From the NCBI RefSeq assembly GCF_009914755.1, contig NC_060946.1: a stretch of 64,000 bases of DNA. One strand, 5' to 3'. Source of the stretch: the human T2T-CHM13v2.0 reference genome, Homo sapiens. Shown here piece after piece: positions 25,442 through 41,205 of this stretch. A program made the position numbers and the translations under genes. The number at the start of each line of letters is the position of its first letter. Positions within the stretch are counted from its first letter, which is position 1. The notes under the pieces were generated by a model. The model was not told the DNA's origin, did no database searches, and worked only from the letters and a program-made list of their open reading frames with translations.

Positions 25442-25964
25442 ATAGCCAATCTGCTTTACTTAGTTCTGGGTTAATCTTCACAGCCTTACTGATAACTCTC
25501 ATTCATACTCCAAGAATTAAAATTCTGGAATGTTCTCAGTCAAGATGGACTCGGCTGTCAGACTATCTAATATAAACATTAAGACTTATGTTGTGCACAG
25601 GGCCTGGGCTGGGGTTGGAACCACAGCCAGCCTTGAAGTTTCATGATGGGGCCCTTGAAGACCTCTGGGTCCCACTGCTGCAGGGGTTTCCTGGGATGGA
25701 GGCATCTCACACGGGCGCCTGTGGTTCTCAGCTGCGGGGAAAAGCGTGGCCCTGGCTGAGGGAGGGCTGAGAAACCTGCCCAGGGTCTCTCTAGCTTCCG
25801 CCCAAGCCTGTCATTTTCCTGCAGTTCCTGTTACTGGACTCCTGTCCAGTTCCTGACTCCTGTTACTGGAGTCAACCTTTACCATGATTTATGTTGAGCT
25901 GGCTTAGTCCTTCCAGCAAATCACCAGACCAGGAGGTGGTCACAGAGCCTTCAAACACCTGCCT

Positions 25965-26250
25965 CTTCTATGTTGCTTTGGCTGCTCTTGGCTTTTGCAT
26001 ATCCACATAAGTTTTAGAATGAGTTTGCTCAGTTTCCACACAGACATGTTGCCTGAATTCTGACAGGGATGAGTTGACTATGAGCCATGGACTAATGAAG
26101 GGAAGAAGTTGCGTTTTCCCAACATTTGATCTTCCAATCCATGAACATGTCATACTTCTCCATTTACTTAAATCTTTCTTAATTTCTTTCACAGTATTTT
26201 GTACTGTTTAGTGTAAACGTCTTACATATTTTTGTTAGATACTCCTTGTA
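25965..26250 (-). mobile_element. old L1 ORF2 fragment
   Basis: The minus-strand ORF reads KEIKKDLSKWRSMTCSWIGR, matching the L1 ORF2 motif [20 protein letters not shown]. Confidence 0.85.
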
Positions 26251-26530
26251 GGAAATTATGAAATACATGACAAGTTTGGATTTCACCTTGGAAACTGTGA
26301 GGTTTCATCACTTTCCAAAGCTCTTTTGGGAAAAGAAAAACAAGATACTTAAAGGCTACTAACCTAAAACACTCTCCTAAGGACACACATGCAAGAATAT
26401 TTATTCTTGTTTACAAAAAAATTCCTGTTTACAAAAATGATGGTGATTTAAAAACTGAGAAAGAAAACCTAAGAGAATGGGTAAATTAAAGACTGTATAC
26501 TGATATAATGGGATGCTGTGTATCACTATT

Positions 26531-26715
26531 TCATAGGATTTGGCTCAGTGTCCCCACCCAAATCTCATCTAGAATTGTAATCCGCAGGGTTGGAGGAGGG
26601 ACTGGGTGGAAGTTGACTGGATCATAGGGGCTGACTTCTCCCTTGCTGTTCTTATGATAGCGAGTGAGTTCTCACAAGGTCTGGTTGTTTGAAAGTGTGT
26701 AGCACTTCCCCCTTG

Positions 26716-26749
<34 letters not shown>

Positions 26750-26933
26750 CTGTCACCATGTGAAGATGTGCTTGCTTCCCCTTTGCCTTCTGCCATGATT
26801 GTAAGTTTCCTGAGGCTCCCCAGCCATGCTCCCTGTACAGCCTGTGGAACTGTGAGTTCATTAAACCTCTTTTCTTTATAAATTACCTAGCCTCAGGTCT
26901 TTCTTTATAGCAGTGCAAGAACAGACTCATACA
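26531..26933 (+). mobile_element. MSTA (MaLR) solo LTR
   Basis: TTTGGCTCAGTGTCCCCACCCAAATCTCATC...GAACAGACTCATACA; 5-bp TSD CTATT on both sides; internal (CT)n. Confidence 0.92.
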
Positions 26934-27952
26934 CTATTAAAATAAATGATTAAATAAACACCTATAATGTTGAATGAAAAAACAAAGTTCCGAGGAGGTT
27001 ATGACTGATTTTTGAAATGTAAAGCACTATAATATACTATAAATTGTTATAGACATGTAGCACAGTATAAAACTCAAGAGTTGGTGAATGCAAGCCAACT
27101 TTGCCATAGTTACTCACTCTTTAAAAAGAGCTTTCCTAGGAAGATTTGGATACAAATATGACTAAATGTTGGCATGTTGAATGTAGTGGTGGACATGGAA
27201 GTACTTGTTATTTTTTTCTTGGTACTCTTTTACATGTTTGAAATATGTCATCATTTTTTTTTTGAAAAACCTGACCAATGCTGCAAACAGAACCATTAAT
27301 TCAATTTCTAGAGGTTTCCACTCTTGCTTTCTCTCGTCGTCTTCTCTTTTATCATCTCAGGCCAAGTGTCAAGGCTGTCATCTTTATCCTGATCTATTCT
27401 GAAATTGCTTTTCTGGAAGTACTAAGCTCTACATCCTGAATGGATACATGGAGGCCGTGAAGTAAGCAGGCAGAATCGCCTATTTGTGGGGGCAAATGGA
27501 AGGAAAGTGGACTGAGTTCAGAGAGGACTTTCTCAAGAGGGTTTATTAAATAATATTCACCAAAGGCAACTGTGGTCAGGCTCAGCTTGGCACAGGGACA
27601 GGGGATGAGGCGGTAACACCCAGGCTTTGTCTTCCAGACACTCTCAGTCAAGGTAAGTGTCACCTGCCAGCTTCCACTCCAAAAACCAGCCTCCATCTGG
27701 CTGCCCATGGTATTTTCAGTGCCTTCTTCCTTTCAGTGACCATGGCTCAACATCCACCAGCAGGTGCAGTGATGAAAATTCTTTGCTTCCCCCATTGTTA
27801 GCCATGCTCCTGAACCTTCTCCTAGGCCTATGTGGGCATTTCTTTACGAAATCCAGGTTTAGCAAGAGCCCTGCTCAATGAGTGTATCCCCCACCTTCAA
27901 TATCCGTTCACCCTCTGTATCTGCTCAGGTTCCTCATCATCCAGGGTAAGGC

Positions 27953-28441
27953 TCCAGTGCCATCCATGCTGTCCACACTCCAGTTCCATCCATCCCGTCC
28001 ACACCCCAGTTCCATCCATCCCATCCACACCCCAGTGCAATCCATCCTGTCCACACTCCAGTTCCATCCATTCGTCCACATTCCAGTTCCATCCATCCCA
28101 TCTGCACTCCAGTTCCATCCATTCCGTCCACACTCCAGTGCAATCCATCCCTTCCACAATCCAGTTCTGTCCATTCCGTCCACACCCCAGTGCAATCCAT
28201 CCCGCCCACACTCCAGTTCCATCCCTTCGTCCACATTCCAGTTCCATCCTTCTCGTCCACACTCCAGTTCCATCCATCTCGTCCACACTCCAGTTCCATC
28301 CATCCCATCCACACCCCAGTGCAATCCATCCCGTCCACACCCCAGTTCCATCCATCCCATACACACCCCAGTGCCATCCATCCCGTCCATACTACAGTAC
28401 CAGGCATCCTGTCCACCCTTCAGTGCCATCCATTCCATCCC
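27953..28441. repeat. 26-bp VNTR, ~18 copies
   Basis: Unit CCAGTTCCATCCATCCCGTCCACACT with variants. Confidence 0.93.
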
Positions 28442-28805
28442 CGTGCCTCCCCTGGCCACAGATGAGGGCTTTTCCCAGCACTTTTTCCCTCCATGGTCAC
28501 AAGCTGCTGCTTTTTTCCTGAAAGAAAAACAATCCTAAATTTTGGGTTAATCATCTCCTTTTTTTTTTTTTACACAAAATTGTTTGACACCTGTAACTCC
28601 TATCCCTAAATAATATATTATTTACATTTGGCTTGTTTTGAACTTCATATAAATGAAATCATACTGAGTGTATTTTTCTATGACTTGTTTTTCCCCCAAA
28701 TAACACTAACACATTTTTGAGAATCATCAATGTTTGATATTTGTAGCTAAAATACATTAAATTTTACTTCAATATTATATTTTATGGAGGTGCTATACAT
28801 GACTC

Positions 28806-29303
28806 TGTAGAGACCAAGGGAAAACTTATCCTTTGTCCTCTGAAAGGACCCTGAAAATCAACTGGCAAAATGCAGAGTAGTAGGAAAAAACACCTACGAA
28901 ATTTATTGTAATGTCCATAGCACAGGGGAATTGCAGGAGAATGATTACTCAGAAGGTGATGCACCTTCCTCCATAGATGAAAGAGAGAGGGAAGATAGAT
29001 GATTTTTAGGGAGATTCAATGGGCTTGGAGAGCATACACCGGTCTTGAACAAAGTCTGTTGGGCCCCAGATCAGGTGTGTTGACAAAAGTCAGTCTTTCT
29101 GTAACATGAGTCAAGGTCATGAACACTCAGGCTGTTGTGTTTCCCTTTGGCAGGTCCTGTTTGTAGGTAGATAAGGGAACTTCAGGCAACAGCCTCATCC
29201 TGTGCTTCAGGAGAGACAGAAGATCCTGGGAGTCGGGAGGAAAGTCAGAGAGACCTTGAGGCTGCTTCATGTCAGAGCAAGCGCCGTGTTTCCGGGAAAC
29301 AAC
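28806..29303 (-). mobile_element. ERV1 (MER4-group, LTR24/LTR54-like) solo LTR
   Basis: TGTAGAGACCAAGGGAAAACTT..CCTCTGAA..CTGAAAATCAACTG...GTCAGAGAGACCTTGAGGCTGCTTC; subfamily uncertain. Confidence 0.65.
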
Positions 29304-29937
29304 TTATTCTTTCTGCTGTTGCTGGGTGTGGACATTGATTTCAGCTTTTTTGGTCCCATGAAACACACTGCTGTGTACATTCTTGTACATGTCTCTAGTT
29401 GCACATACGAGATCTTCTAGAGTATAGACTAACAGGTGGAAATGCTGGATTATAGGACACGAATGTGTCCAGTTGCACCAGCTAATGCCCGAATGACATT
29501 TTTGTACTGAACTTTCTTTTCTTTTTCTTTCTGGTATGTGGAATGTTTGCACTTTCTTGGTACAAATCTACTGTCAATCATGTGTTTTGCAATTATTCTG
29601 TCCCCCTTTGCAACATACTTTTTTCAGTTTCCCCACGGTTGCAGAACAGTGTTTCTCAATTTTAATGTAGTTAAAATCATCAGTGTATTGTGTCCTAGTT
29701 TGTACTTCTTGTGTCTTGTTTAAGAAATCTCTCCCCATCCCACAGGCATTAAAATATTTTCCTGTATTGACTTACAAAACTTGTGACTTTATCTTTCACA
29801 TCTTAGCCTTTAATCCAAGTTGAATTAATTTTTGTATATGGTGGAAATTGGGATCAAATTTCATTTTTTACACTGAGAATAACCAGCACCATTTATTCAA
29901 ACATCTAAGTGACAATTCTACTTCTTTCTTTTATTAA

Positions 29938-30316
<379 letters not shown>

Positions 30317-30515
30317 TTCTGTCCCATTTTAAATGCAGTAGTTAGTTCAATGCTTCTTATCAAAAAAGAAAAATTAAAAATAAAGGAAGAAGAAAAAAAG
30401 GACCAAAGGAAAGGAGGAAAGGAGAGAGGGAGAGAAAAACAAAGAAAAAGAAAAGATGGGATTTTTACTAGAATTGAATTAATTTCCCTCTATTAGAATT
30501 TTACTGATTTTCTCA

Positions 30516-30938
<423 letters not shown>

Positions 30939-31372
30939 CTACAAAATGTCAGGCCTTATTTAATTTTGTCTGAGACTTTTGTGATTTTCCACAAAAATGT
31001 GTTCTATACTTTGTCTTTGATTGATTACTTGCACTTTACGTTTTTTGACCTTATTGTAAATATTATATCTTTTATTATTCAAATGTTGAATGTTATCAGG
31101 TAATTTAAGTGAATCCATTCGGGAAATCATATGATTTTGCTCCTTTAATTTCTTACTATGGAGAAATACATAAACTGATTTCTATTGTTAAGCCGCCCTC
31201 TCATTCCTGGGGTAAACTCAACTCGGTGGCAAGAGAGATTTCTTTCTCCATGTTGTTGCAATCCTTTTGCTATTACTGAGATCTGTGTGTCTGTATTTAT
31301 GGATGAGATTGTCCCTTTTATACCTTTTTCATAATGGAAGTGTCTTCTTTGACATTAATGCTATTCTACTAT

Positions 31373-32013
31373 TGTATCAGTCTGTTTTCACACTGCTGAA
31401 AAAGACATACCCGAGACTGGGTAATTTATAAACAAAAAGAGGTTTCACATGTTCTCACTCATAAGTGGGAGTTGAACAGTGAGAACATAGGGACACAGGG
31501 AGGGGGGAACATCACACACTGGGGCCTGTTGGGGGACAAGGGGAGGGAGAGCATTAGGAGAAATACGTAATACATGTGGGGCTTAAAACCTAGATGATGG
31601 GCTGATGGGTACAGCAAACCACCATGGCACGTGTATGCCTATGTAACAAACCTGCACATTCTGCACATGTATCCCAGGACTTAAAGTACCATAAAAAATA
31701 ATAAAATAAAACAAAAAGAAAAAGGGATTTAATGGACTCGCAGTTCCATGTGGCTAGGAAGGCCTCACAATCATGGCAGAAGGTGAAAGGCACATCTTAC
31801 ATGGTGGCAGGCAAGACAGAATGAGAAGCAAGTGAAAGGGCTTTCCCCTTATAAAACCATCAGACCTCATGAAACTTACTCAATGAGAACAGCATGGGGG
31901 AAATGGCCCCTATGATTCAATTATCTCCCACCAGGTCCCTCCCACAACACGTGGAAACTGTGGGACTACAATTCAACATGAGATGTGGGTGAGGACACAG
32001 CCAAACCAGATCA
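31373..32013 (-). mobile_element. THE1 (C-like) solo LTR, split by an L1PA 3' end
   Basis: TGTATCAGTCTGTTTTCACACTGCTG..AAAGACATACCCGAGACTGG at 31373, resuming at 31731 AATGGACTC.. and ending GACACAGCCAAACCAGATCA. Confidence 0.9.
31446..31722 (+). mobile_element. L1PA (PA7/8-like) 5'-truncated 3' UTR
   Basis: CATGTTCTCACTCATAAGTGGGAG...AACAAACCTGCACATTCTGCACATGTATCCCAG plus A-tail; TSD ~AAAAAGAGGTTT/AAAAAGGGATTT. Confidence 0.9.
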
Positions 32014-32320
32014 ACTCTCTAGGTGCCTTAGTCCCTTAAAATGAGCTGGGAACAGTCACTGTGCATAGGATGACACGTGTGTCTTTTGTTCCATAAATGT
32101 TTGGTCAAACTTGCCTTTTAAAAAGCTGAGTCTTGTGCTTTCTTTATGAAAAGAATTTTTATCTCTGATTCAATTTCATCAATGGAGAATTGACCCATTA
32201 CTATTATTTTTTTCACCTCTGCTTCAGTCAGATCTGTTGTCTTTCCTGTGATTTATCTATTCAACCTAATTTTAAATGTTATTCATGTGAAATGATTCAC
32301 ATTATTGTGTTATCTTTTTA

Positions 32321-32774
<454 letters not shown>

Positions 32775-33670
32775 TCATTTGCAAGTTCATTGATTTCTAT
32801 CTTATTTTCTTCATATTACTTTGATTTTCATTCAATTCTATTTCTTTATTTATACACTACTTTTTTGGTTATTAATATTTTAAGTAAATATCAACTTATT
32901 TAATTATATGATATTAAATTATTCTGTAGAAAAACATGCTCTTTCTTTCCATTTATTCCGACCATTGTTATTTTATAAAGTTTGTTGGCTGGTACTTTTA
33001 TGTATTTTTGAATTAAAATGCAGTAGAATGGATTTTAGAACATGTATGTACGGTTATGAGTCTTAAGCAACCAGACCATCAGGATGCAGGGAAGCCCTTC
33101 CGTCGCCACGAACGTCTCCCTGACATCACCCTTCATAGTTACGCCCTCCTCGCTCCCTAATCCATTCTCGCCACCATCATCATCCTTCTCAAGAGTGTCA
33201 TACAAAGAGAAGTTTAGGATATGTAAGCTTTCAAGGCTGGTTTCTTTCACTCAGCATAATTCTTTTGAATTATTCCAAGTCGTTGTCTGTATCGATATCG
33301 CACCTGTCATTCCAGCTGAGTGGCATGCATTGCATGATGCCAGTGTGTGGGTTCCACCGCGTTCCATCAGGGTATCCCTGAGTATGGATTACAGTTCATC
33401 AATTCCCTTGGTGACAGGCATTTGGATTGTTGCCGGTATCGGGCTATGGATAGAGCTTCCATAAGCATTATGCACATTTTTATATGAATATGCATTTCAT
33501 CTCTTTTGGATAAACACTCGAAAGAGGTATCGAGGGGCACATGTCTGTTTAACTTTCTAAGAAACTGCAAACTGATTTTTACTAGGTTGGTGAAAAAGTA
33601 ATTGTGGTTTTTGCATTAAAAGTACTTTTAATGGCAACATTTCATTTTATAAAATAAAAATAATCTGAAC

Positions 33671-33706
33671 AAAAAGAAAGGAAGAAAGAAAGAAAGAAAG
33701 AAGAAA

Positions 33707-33786
<80 letters not shown>

Positions 33787-33820
33787 GGGAGGGAGGAAGG
33801 AAGGAAGGAAGGAAAGAAGG
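33671..33820. repeat. (GAAA)n/(GGAA)n microsatellite
   Basis: Pure polypurine tetranucleotide run. Confidence 0.95.
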
Positions 33821-33821
<1 letters not shown>

Positions 33822-33852
<31 letters not shown>

Positions 33853-34127
33853 AGACAGAGACTCACCCTGTCGCCCAGGCTGGAGTGCTACGGCGCAATC
33901 TTGGCTCACTGCAACCTCCGCTTCCCGGGTTCAAGCAATTCTCTGCCTCAGCCTCCCAAGTAGCTGGGATTACAGGTGCCCACCACCATGCCTAGCTAGT
34001 TTTTGTATTTTTAGTAGAGATGGGGTTTCACCAACTTGGCCAGGCTGGTCTTGAACTCCTGACCTTGTGATCTGCCCACCTCAGCCTCCCAAAGTGCTAG
34101 ATTACAGGTGTGAGCCACCGCACCCTG
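33822..34127 (-). mobile_element. AluSg-like
   Basis: Antisense Alu with a long poly-T. Confidence 0.92.
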
Positions 34128-34451
34128 TGGAAGGAAGGACCTTTAATGGCAAAAACCGCAATTACTTTTGCACAGCCTAACCACATGGCTATCCCATGTC
34201 GCCCTCTCAGCAGCCCCACATGGTGATTCTAGGCATATCCTTGAGCACTGAGAACCAGTGGTTTCCATGTTAGCCGTGCGCACCACGCGCTGTGGTACCT
34301 CAACCTGGCTTAACTAGCACTTACCTAATGCCCAATTATGTCGAACGTCTTGTCAGGTGCTTTTGTGCCACCTGCATACCTGCTTTGCTGAAGTTTCTGG
34401 TCAAGTGTTTTGCCCATTTTTAAATTGTGTTGTTTGTTTTCTTACTGTTGA

Positions 34452-35021
<570 letters not shown>

Positions 35022-35904
35022 TAAAAATGTTAGTTTTACTTTTCACATTTAGGTCTACGGTGTATTTGGGGTTAACTTAGGCAGAAGGTGTGAAGCTTAG
35101 ATCAGAGTTTACTTTTTGGTAAATGAACATCCAATTGTCCCAACATCTTTTGTTGAAAGACTATTATTTTCCATCGAATGCCTTTGTGCCATTGTTATCG
35201 ATTGGTCACATCTCTGTCGATCTATTTCTGGGCTCTCTATTCTGTTCCATTGATCTACATGTTTATCTCTTCACCAATATGACACAATCTTCATGACTGA
35301 AGCCCAAAGCAAGTCTTAATAATAAGGTCGTACCATTCCTCCTAATTCATTTTTTTGTTCAAAATTGTTTAGCCTATTCTACTTGGGTTTTTTTTTTCCT
35401 ATGTAAATTTTAGAACCAGCTTCCCTATGTCTACAAAAAAAATTTTTGCTGGAATTTTAATGACTTAATTTATATCTGTGGATAAGTTAAGGGGAAACTG
35501 ACATTTTCTTATACTGAATTTTTCAACTTATTAACACAGTATATCTCTTCATTTATGAGGTCTTCTTTGATTATTTTTATCTGTATTTTCTAATTCTTAC
35601 CACAAAGATTCTGTATGTTTCATTAGATTGATTCCTAAGAATCTCCTTTTGAGCTATTGTAAATGGCATTGTTTCATTAATTTCAGACTTCAGTTGTTCA
35701 TTGCTGGTATATAGAAACATAACTTACTCTTATTCTTGTTATTTTCCTTCCACTTGATTTTGGTTTGTTTTCTCTCATCTGTTTCTCATTTCTTAAAGTT
35801 AAAGCTTGTGTCATTGATTTTAGACCCTTTTCCTTCCTACCGTGAGTGAAGAACACTTTACATAGAGAAAACATACTCTATGTTCCTTCCTGGCACCACT
35901 TTAG

Positions 35905-36265
<361 letters not shown>

Positions 36266-37001
36266 AGGTCAGAATATATGTTAATTCCCATTGAGGCTGT
36301 GTCCGTGACTCATGGATTCCTGAAAGATGGGTTCCTTAATTTCCAAATGTTTGGATGTTTTCCTGTCAACTTTCTGTTATTGTCAGTTTAATTACATTAC
36401 AGCCGGTATAAAGTCACACTTTTTATGAATTCTGTTTTTTAAAGTTTGTTAAGGTTTGTTTTATAATCCAGGATATGGCCTCTCAGGAATGCACCAGGTG
36501 CACCTGAAAAGCACATGTGTTTGCTCTTGCTGGGCGGCACGTCCCGTAAGTGCTGGTTAGGGCCACTTAGCCGATGGTGTTATCGGGCCTCTTTTGGTCT
36601 TTCCAACGTTCTGTCTCCTGGCTCTACCAGTCTCTGGAAGGGAAATGTTGATGTGTCCAATTCTATCTGTGAATTTGTCTGTTTCCTCTTTTAGTTCTGT
36701 TTATTTTGAAGCGATGTTATCAGGCACATACTCACTGAGCATCGTTATGTCTTCCTGGTGAACTAACCCCCTTATCACTGTGCAATGTCCCTCTTCATGC
36801 CCAGAACTGTTGTTTACACTGAGGTCTCCCTTGTTTGATGTTGATATAACCACTCTAGCTGTCTTTTGATTTACAGTGAGTTTCTTATAGATGATGACCA
36901 GCTGGGCCAAGCTTCTTTATCTATTCTGACACTGTCCATCATTTAATTGGTGTGTTTAAGCCGTTTGCATTTAACATAACTATTGATGTGTTTAGTTTTA
37001 G

Positions 37002-37515
<514 letters not shown>

Positions 37516-38219
37516 TGAATATCCTGATATTAAATCCCATTTATGTTTCTGGAAAAAATACTACGTTGTTCAATTGTTCTATTCCTCTGTTATACTTCCA
37601 TATTCTATTTGCCATCCCGATACGTAGAATTCCTGACATTCATGTCAACACTGGGGCTACAATGTAATTTACTCTTTTGTACGATGTTACAGTTACACTT
37701 GCTTTGTCCAGTTACGCTTGCTTCCAAAAGTGAGATCAGGCACCGTTTACCTTTTCCTGTGACACAGTGTTTGTTCACCGGCACTGTAATGTCCTTGCCT
37801 CTGAAGTCAAGTGTAACTCATCTGTGAAACCGTTTGTCATGATGCCTTATTGAAAGTGATGTTCTCGGACCAACTTTGTCATCCCCCTGCTTCCCCTTGG
37901 GCTGATGCTGGTGATTTATAGTTGGCTGGGCAGTTGCTTCCTCTGTGGTCCAAATTTTATTTCCATAAACATGCCGTTCTCATCGCGTAGTGCCTCAATT
38001 CACAGGCTCTGCCTTCCTCCAGCCTCCCGTGTGAGGCAAAGTGGTCTCAGGTCAAGGAATGTGACCTGGGTGGCTGTAGCTCCTCCTTCCCTCCAGCCTG
38101 CTCTCCAGGGCCCCAGGGGTCCTCCAGCAAGTCTCCTGCTTCTGTGGCCTCCATGGTCTCATGGGTCCCCTCTCTGCAGGCTGGACTAGGATGCTGTGTG
38201 CACAGCCTGGGAAAGCTGC

Positions 38220-38635
38220 TGAAAACGCCTTTGCAAAAACTATAATTGAGAAAATTATGTTAGTGAAATAGATTAGACCTAACTGACTTCATTTTCCTTT
38301 TAACTTTTTTTTTTTTTCTTTTTTGAGACAGAGTCTTGCTCTGTCACCCAGGCTGGAGTGCAGTGGTGCAATCCCAGCTACTGCAACCTCCGACTCCCTG
38401 GTTCAAGTGATTCTCCTGCCTCAGCCTCCCCAATAGCTGGGATTACAGGTGCCTGCCACCACGCCCAGCTAAGTTTTGTATTTTTAGTAGAAACGAGGTT
38501 TAACCATGTTGGCCAGGATGGTCTCGATATCTGTCCACCTCGGCCTCTCAAAGTGCTAGGATTACAAGCGTGAGCCACCACGTCCGGCCTCCTTTTAACT
38601 TTTAAACTGTCTTTGTTTATTCCTGGGTGTAGGCA
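38220..38635 (+). mobile_element. LTR8A-like ERV1 LTR 5' fragment, interrupted by Alu
   Basis: TGAAAACGCCTTTGCAAAAACTATAATTGAGAAAATTATG..GACCTAACTGAC, resuming after the Alu with CTGTCTTTGTTTATTCCTGGGTGTAGGC. Confidence 0.8.
38305..38589 (-). mobile_element. AluSc-like with small internal deletions
   Basis: Antisense Alu; TSD TCCTTTTAACTTT. Confidence 0.9.
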
Positions 38636-40312
38636 GCGGGCAAGGTGAACCCACTGGGCATTAACACTGCAAGGGCAGAGGGCGGCCATTGCCCGGGAAG
38701 AGGGGCTGCTCCAGGGCCCCCTAAACACACTTGGCACAGGGCGCTGAGAGCCCCAACAATCCAGCTTCGACCCTGTTCCTCTGGGTTGTGAGGGAGGGGG
38801 CTCTGGTTGAGGCGTGAGGATACAAATGTCTTTTCATGGTTAGTGAGCTTGATTTACCCCTGTAAGATACTTCACCATATAATACGTGGGCCTTCACTTA
38901 CATCATGCATTTCAAGCCAGGGCAACAGATCGTACACATCACAGGGGCCTGGGGTACTGCGGAGACCCTCATGCATGAATCAGATACTGCATATTTGTGG
39001 TTTCAAAACTTAATTAGTAAAGGAGATCACGATTAGGAAAAAGAGCCTAAAACACTCCTTAGGGTGACAGTAATTATGAGAAACACTGTCAGGGACAGGC
39101 CAGTTGCAGATTGCATGAAACTCCGGCTTCACCATTTAATTGCGTGTGTCTGTCATTTTAGTTACGTTCTCATCTGCACGCCTGATTTTCTTTTTCTTTT
39201 TGTCCTTCATCAGGTTCAGCAGGATTCCTGTATTCATGCATCTATTCAAAGAAACAATTATTGGGTTTATGCATGTTTTCTAAGACTGTTTTTGTCTTGA
39301 AATTAATTAACTTTCATCTTGTGAATCTCCCTTTTGTCTTTTATTTGGTGTTTTACTGCCTTTCTTTATTATTAAATACCTAAGTGTATGGTTTTCCACT
39401 TTAACCAGGGCGACACTCCATCTTCCTCCAGCACCTGTGACGTTCTCCTCTGAGCTGTCGGGCGAGTAAGCGCTTTGCTTCCTCACTTTGTGGTGAGTTT
39501 GAAACTTCTGGCATGTCTTGGGTTCTGGGCCAAGTGATGTCCACAAATCAATTCTTCTTTTCTATGGGGCTGACAATTTTGCTCACCATTTTATTATCTA
39601 TTTTTAATTGTATCGGGGGTTAGAATTGGAGAAAAAGGCCTGTAAAAATCACAACCGAGTTTTATACTTACGGTATTCGTTGTCAAATACATGATTGGTT
39701 TTGAAGACAATCCCCAAACATGAAATAAAACAACCAGATAGCCTCTGATTAAGGTTCAATCTGTGTTAATTGCTGAATTGAGTGTATTTATTTCACAATT
39801 CAATTCTTTTGTCTGTTTTAGTTTTTATCTCAGACATATATTTGATTCCGAAACAGACAGAATTTCTCGCTGACGCTCCTTTGATCCAGATCTTGTATTT
39901 GTGATCCTCTTGGCTTTATTCATTCAGCTGCTGTATATTTTGGTGCATGCACGAAGTTTTGTGACTGTTAAAATTTCTTTGGAAGCCGTGCTTCTTATAA
40001 TCATGCAATGTTATATGTTCGTGCCTGTTTACTACTTTTCACCTAAAATTCTAAAATTCTAGAAGGGTGTTAATATGCCTGTCTGTTTTGTTTTTGTTTT
40101 GCTTTGTTTTTAGCATTTGCATTTTCCTAAACAGAAACTCCAGGCCCCACACCCCCAGTCACTGAGGTTCTTGAGGTGCCTTTATTTTTCTTGTGGCTTC
40201 TTCTCTATCCAAGAGATGCAAATGAGGTGGCCTCTTTCCTTTCTCACTGAGTTTTGGCCTTAGAAAAATGTAAAGTGACTTAAAATTATTGCTAAACATT
40301 ACAACCTCATTG

Positions 40313-40428
40313 TGGAAGCTGACTTAGAAACTATAGATAAATGGAAAGAAACTGACTTAGAAACTATAGATACATGGAAAGAAACGGACTTGGAAACTAT
40401 AGATAAATGGAAAAAAACTACAGATAAA
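40313..40428. repeat. 33-bp tandem repeat, ~3 copies
   Basis: GACTTAGAAACTATAGATAAATGGAAAGAAACT repeated. Confidence 0.9.
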
Positions 40429-41090
40429 CGAAGTGTAATGTCACCGTCCAGGAGGAAACATCACGGCTGCCTATGGCTGCTCGGACTCCCTGGGACGAGA
40501 CGCTGGGCAGGGATTAGGGAGCAGGCTGCGTGTCTAGGAGTAACATGGGCCCAGCTGTGGCTCATGGGGGTGGCCACGCAGGGGTGACAGAGGGAGGGGA
40601 GCCCAGTGCACCCCGAGCTGAGGGAAAAACTGCAGTCACAGTCCAGTGCTTCAGTCCAACGCTTCATGCAGGTTCTCAACCGCCACGCATGCATTCCGTC
40701 TTCTCTTGCCGGTGACTGTAAATTTTAAAACCAAGACATGGACGTGGACTTCCTGGGTCTTGCATGTGTTTCCAGTTTGTCCTGGATCTGTAGGAGGCTG
40801 GGATTACAGAGTGAGATGTGCGAGGCTTACAGGAATCCAAGAGGAAGTGTTGAGTTGACGGCCTGGTAGACCGTCCCAGAATCCAGGGGGGCGTGTGGGC
40901 TGTACGTGGGCAATGGACAGTCAGCCCGTGCCAGCTGCCAGGGTTTCTGGGGGATGCTCCAGAGGAGTGGGCAGGAGAGCAGAGGAGGGTCCCTGCCAAG
41001 AGGGTCCTTGGGAAGAGGCGGGGACCTGCCCTGAAGCCTGAGGTGAAGGAGAGGAGAGCGGGGGCACCTCACAGAAGCCACAGGAGGGAG

Positions 41091-41205
41091 GCCTGTTGGG
41101 AGGATGGAAACCTGCTGAGTTTGAGGGTGAAGGACCAAGGAGGATGCCTGTTGGGAGGATGGAAACCTGCTGAGTTTGAGGGTGAAGGACCGAGGAGGAT
41201 GCCTG
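41091..41205. repeat. 55-bp tandem duplication
   Basis: GCCTGTTGGGAGGATGGAAACCTGCTGAGTTTGAGGGTGAAGGACC occurs at 41091 and 41146. Confidence 0.9.

Larger units (their letters stand above)
33582..34180. mobile_element. Made1 (Hsmar1 mariner MITE) split by microsatellite and Alu
   Basis: Left arm CTAGGTTGGTGAAAAAGTAATTGTGGTTTTTGCATT (33582-33617); right arm TTAATGGCAAAAACCGCAATTACTTTTGCACAGCCTAA (34143-34180). Confidence 0.85.

Noticed and set aside
27832-28538. 229/218-aa HP-rich ORFs
   Set aside because: Translations of the 26-bp VNTR.
29290-29298. Perfect STAT/GAS site TTCCGGGAA at an LTR edge
   Set aside because: A single 9-mer with no supporting context is too weak to call.
33582-34180. 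miR-548 family precursor
   Set aside because: The Made1 arms are ~500 bp apart, so no compact pre-miRNA hairpin can form.
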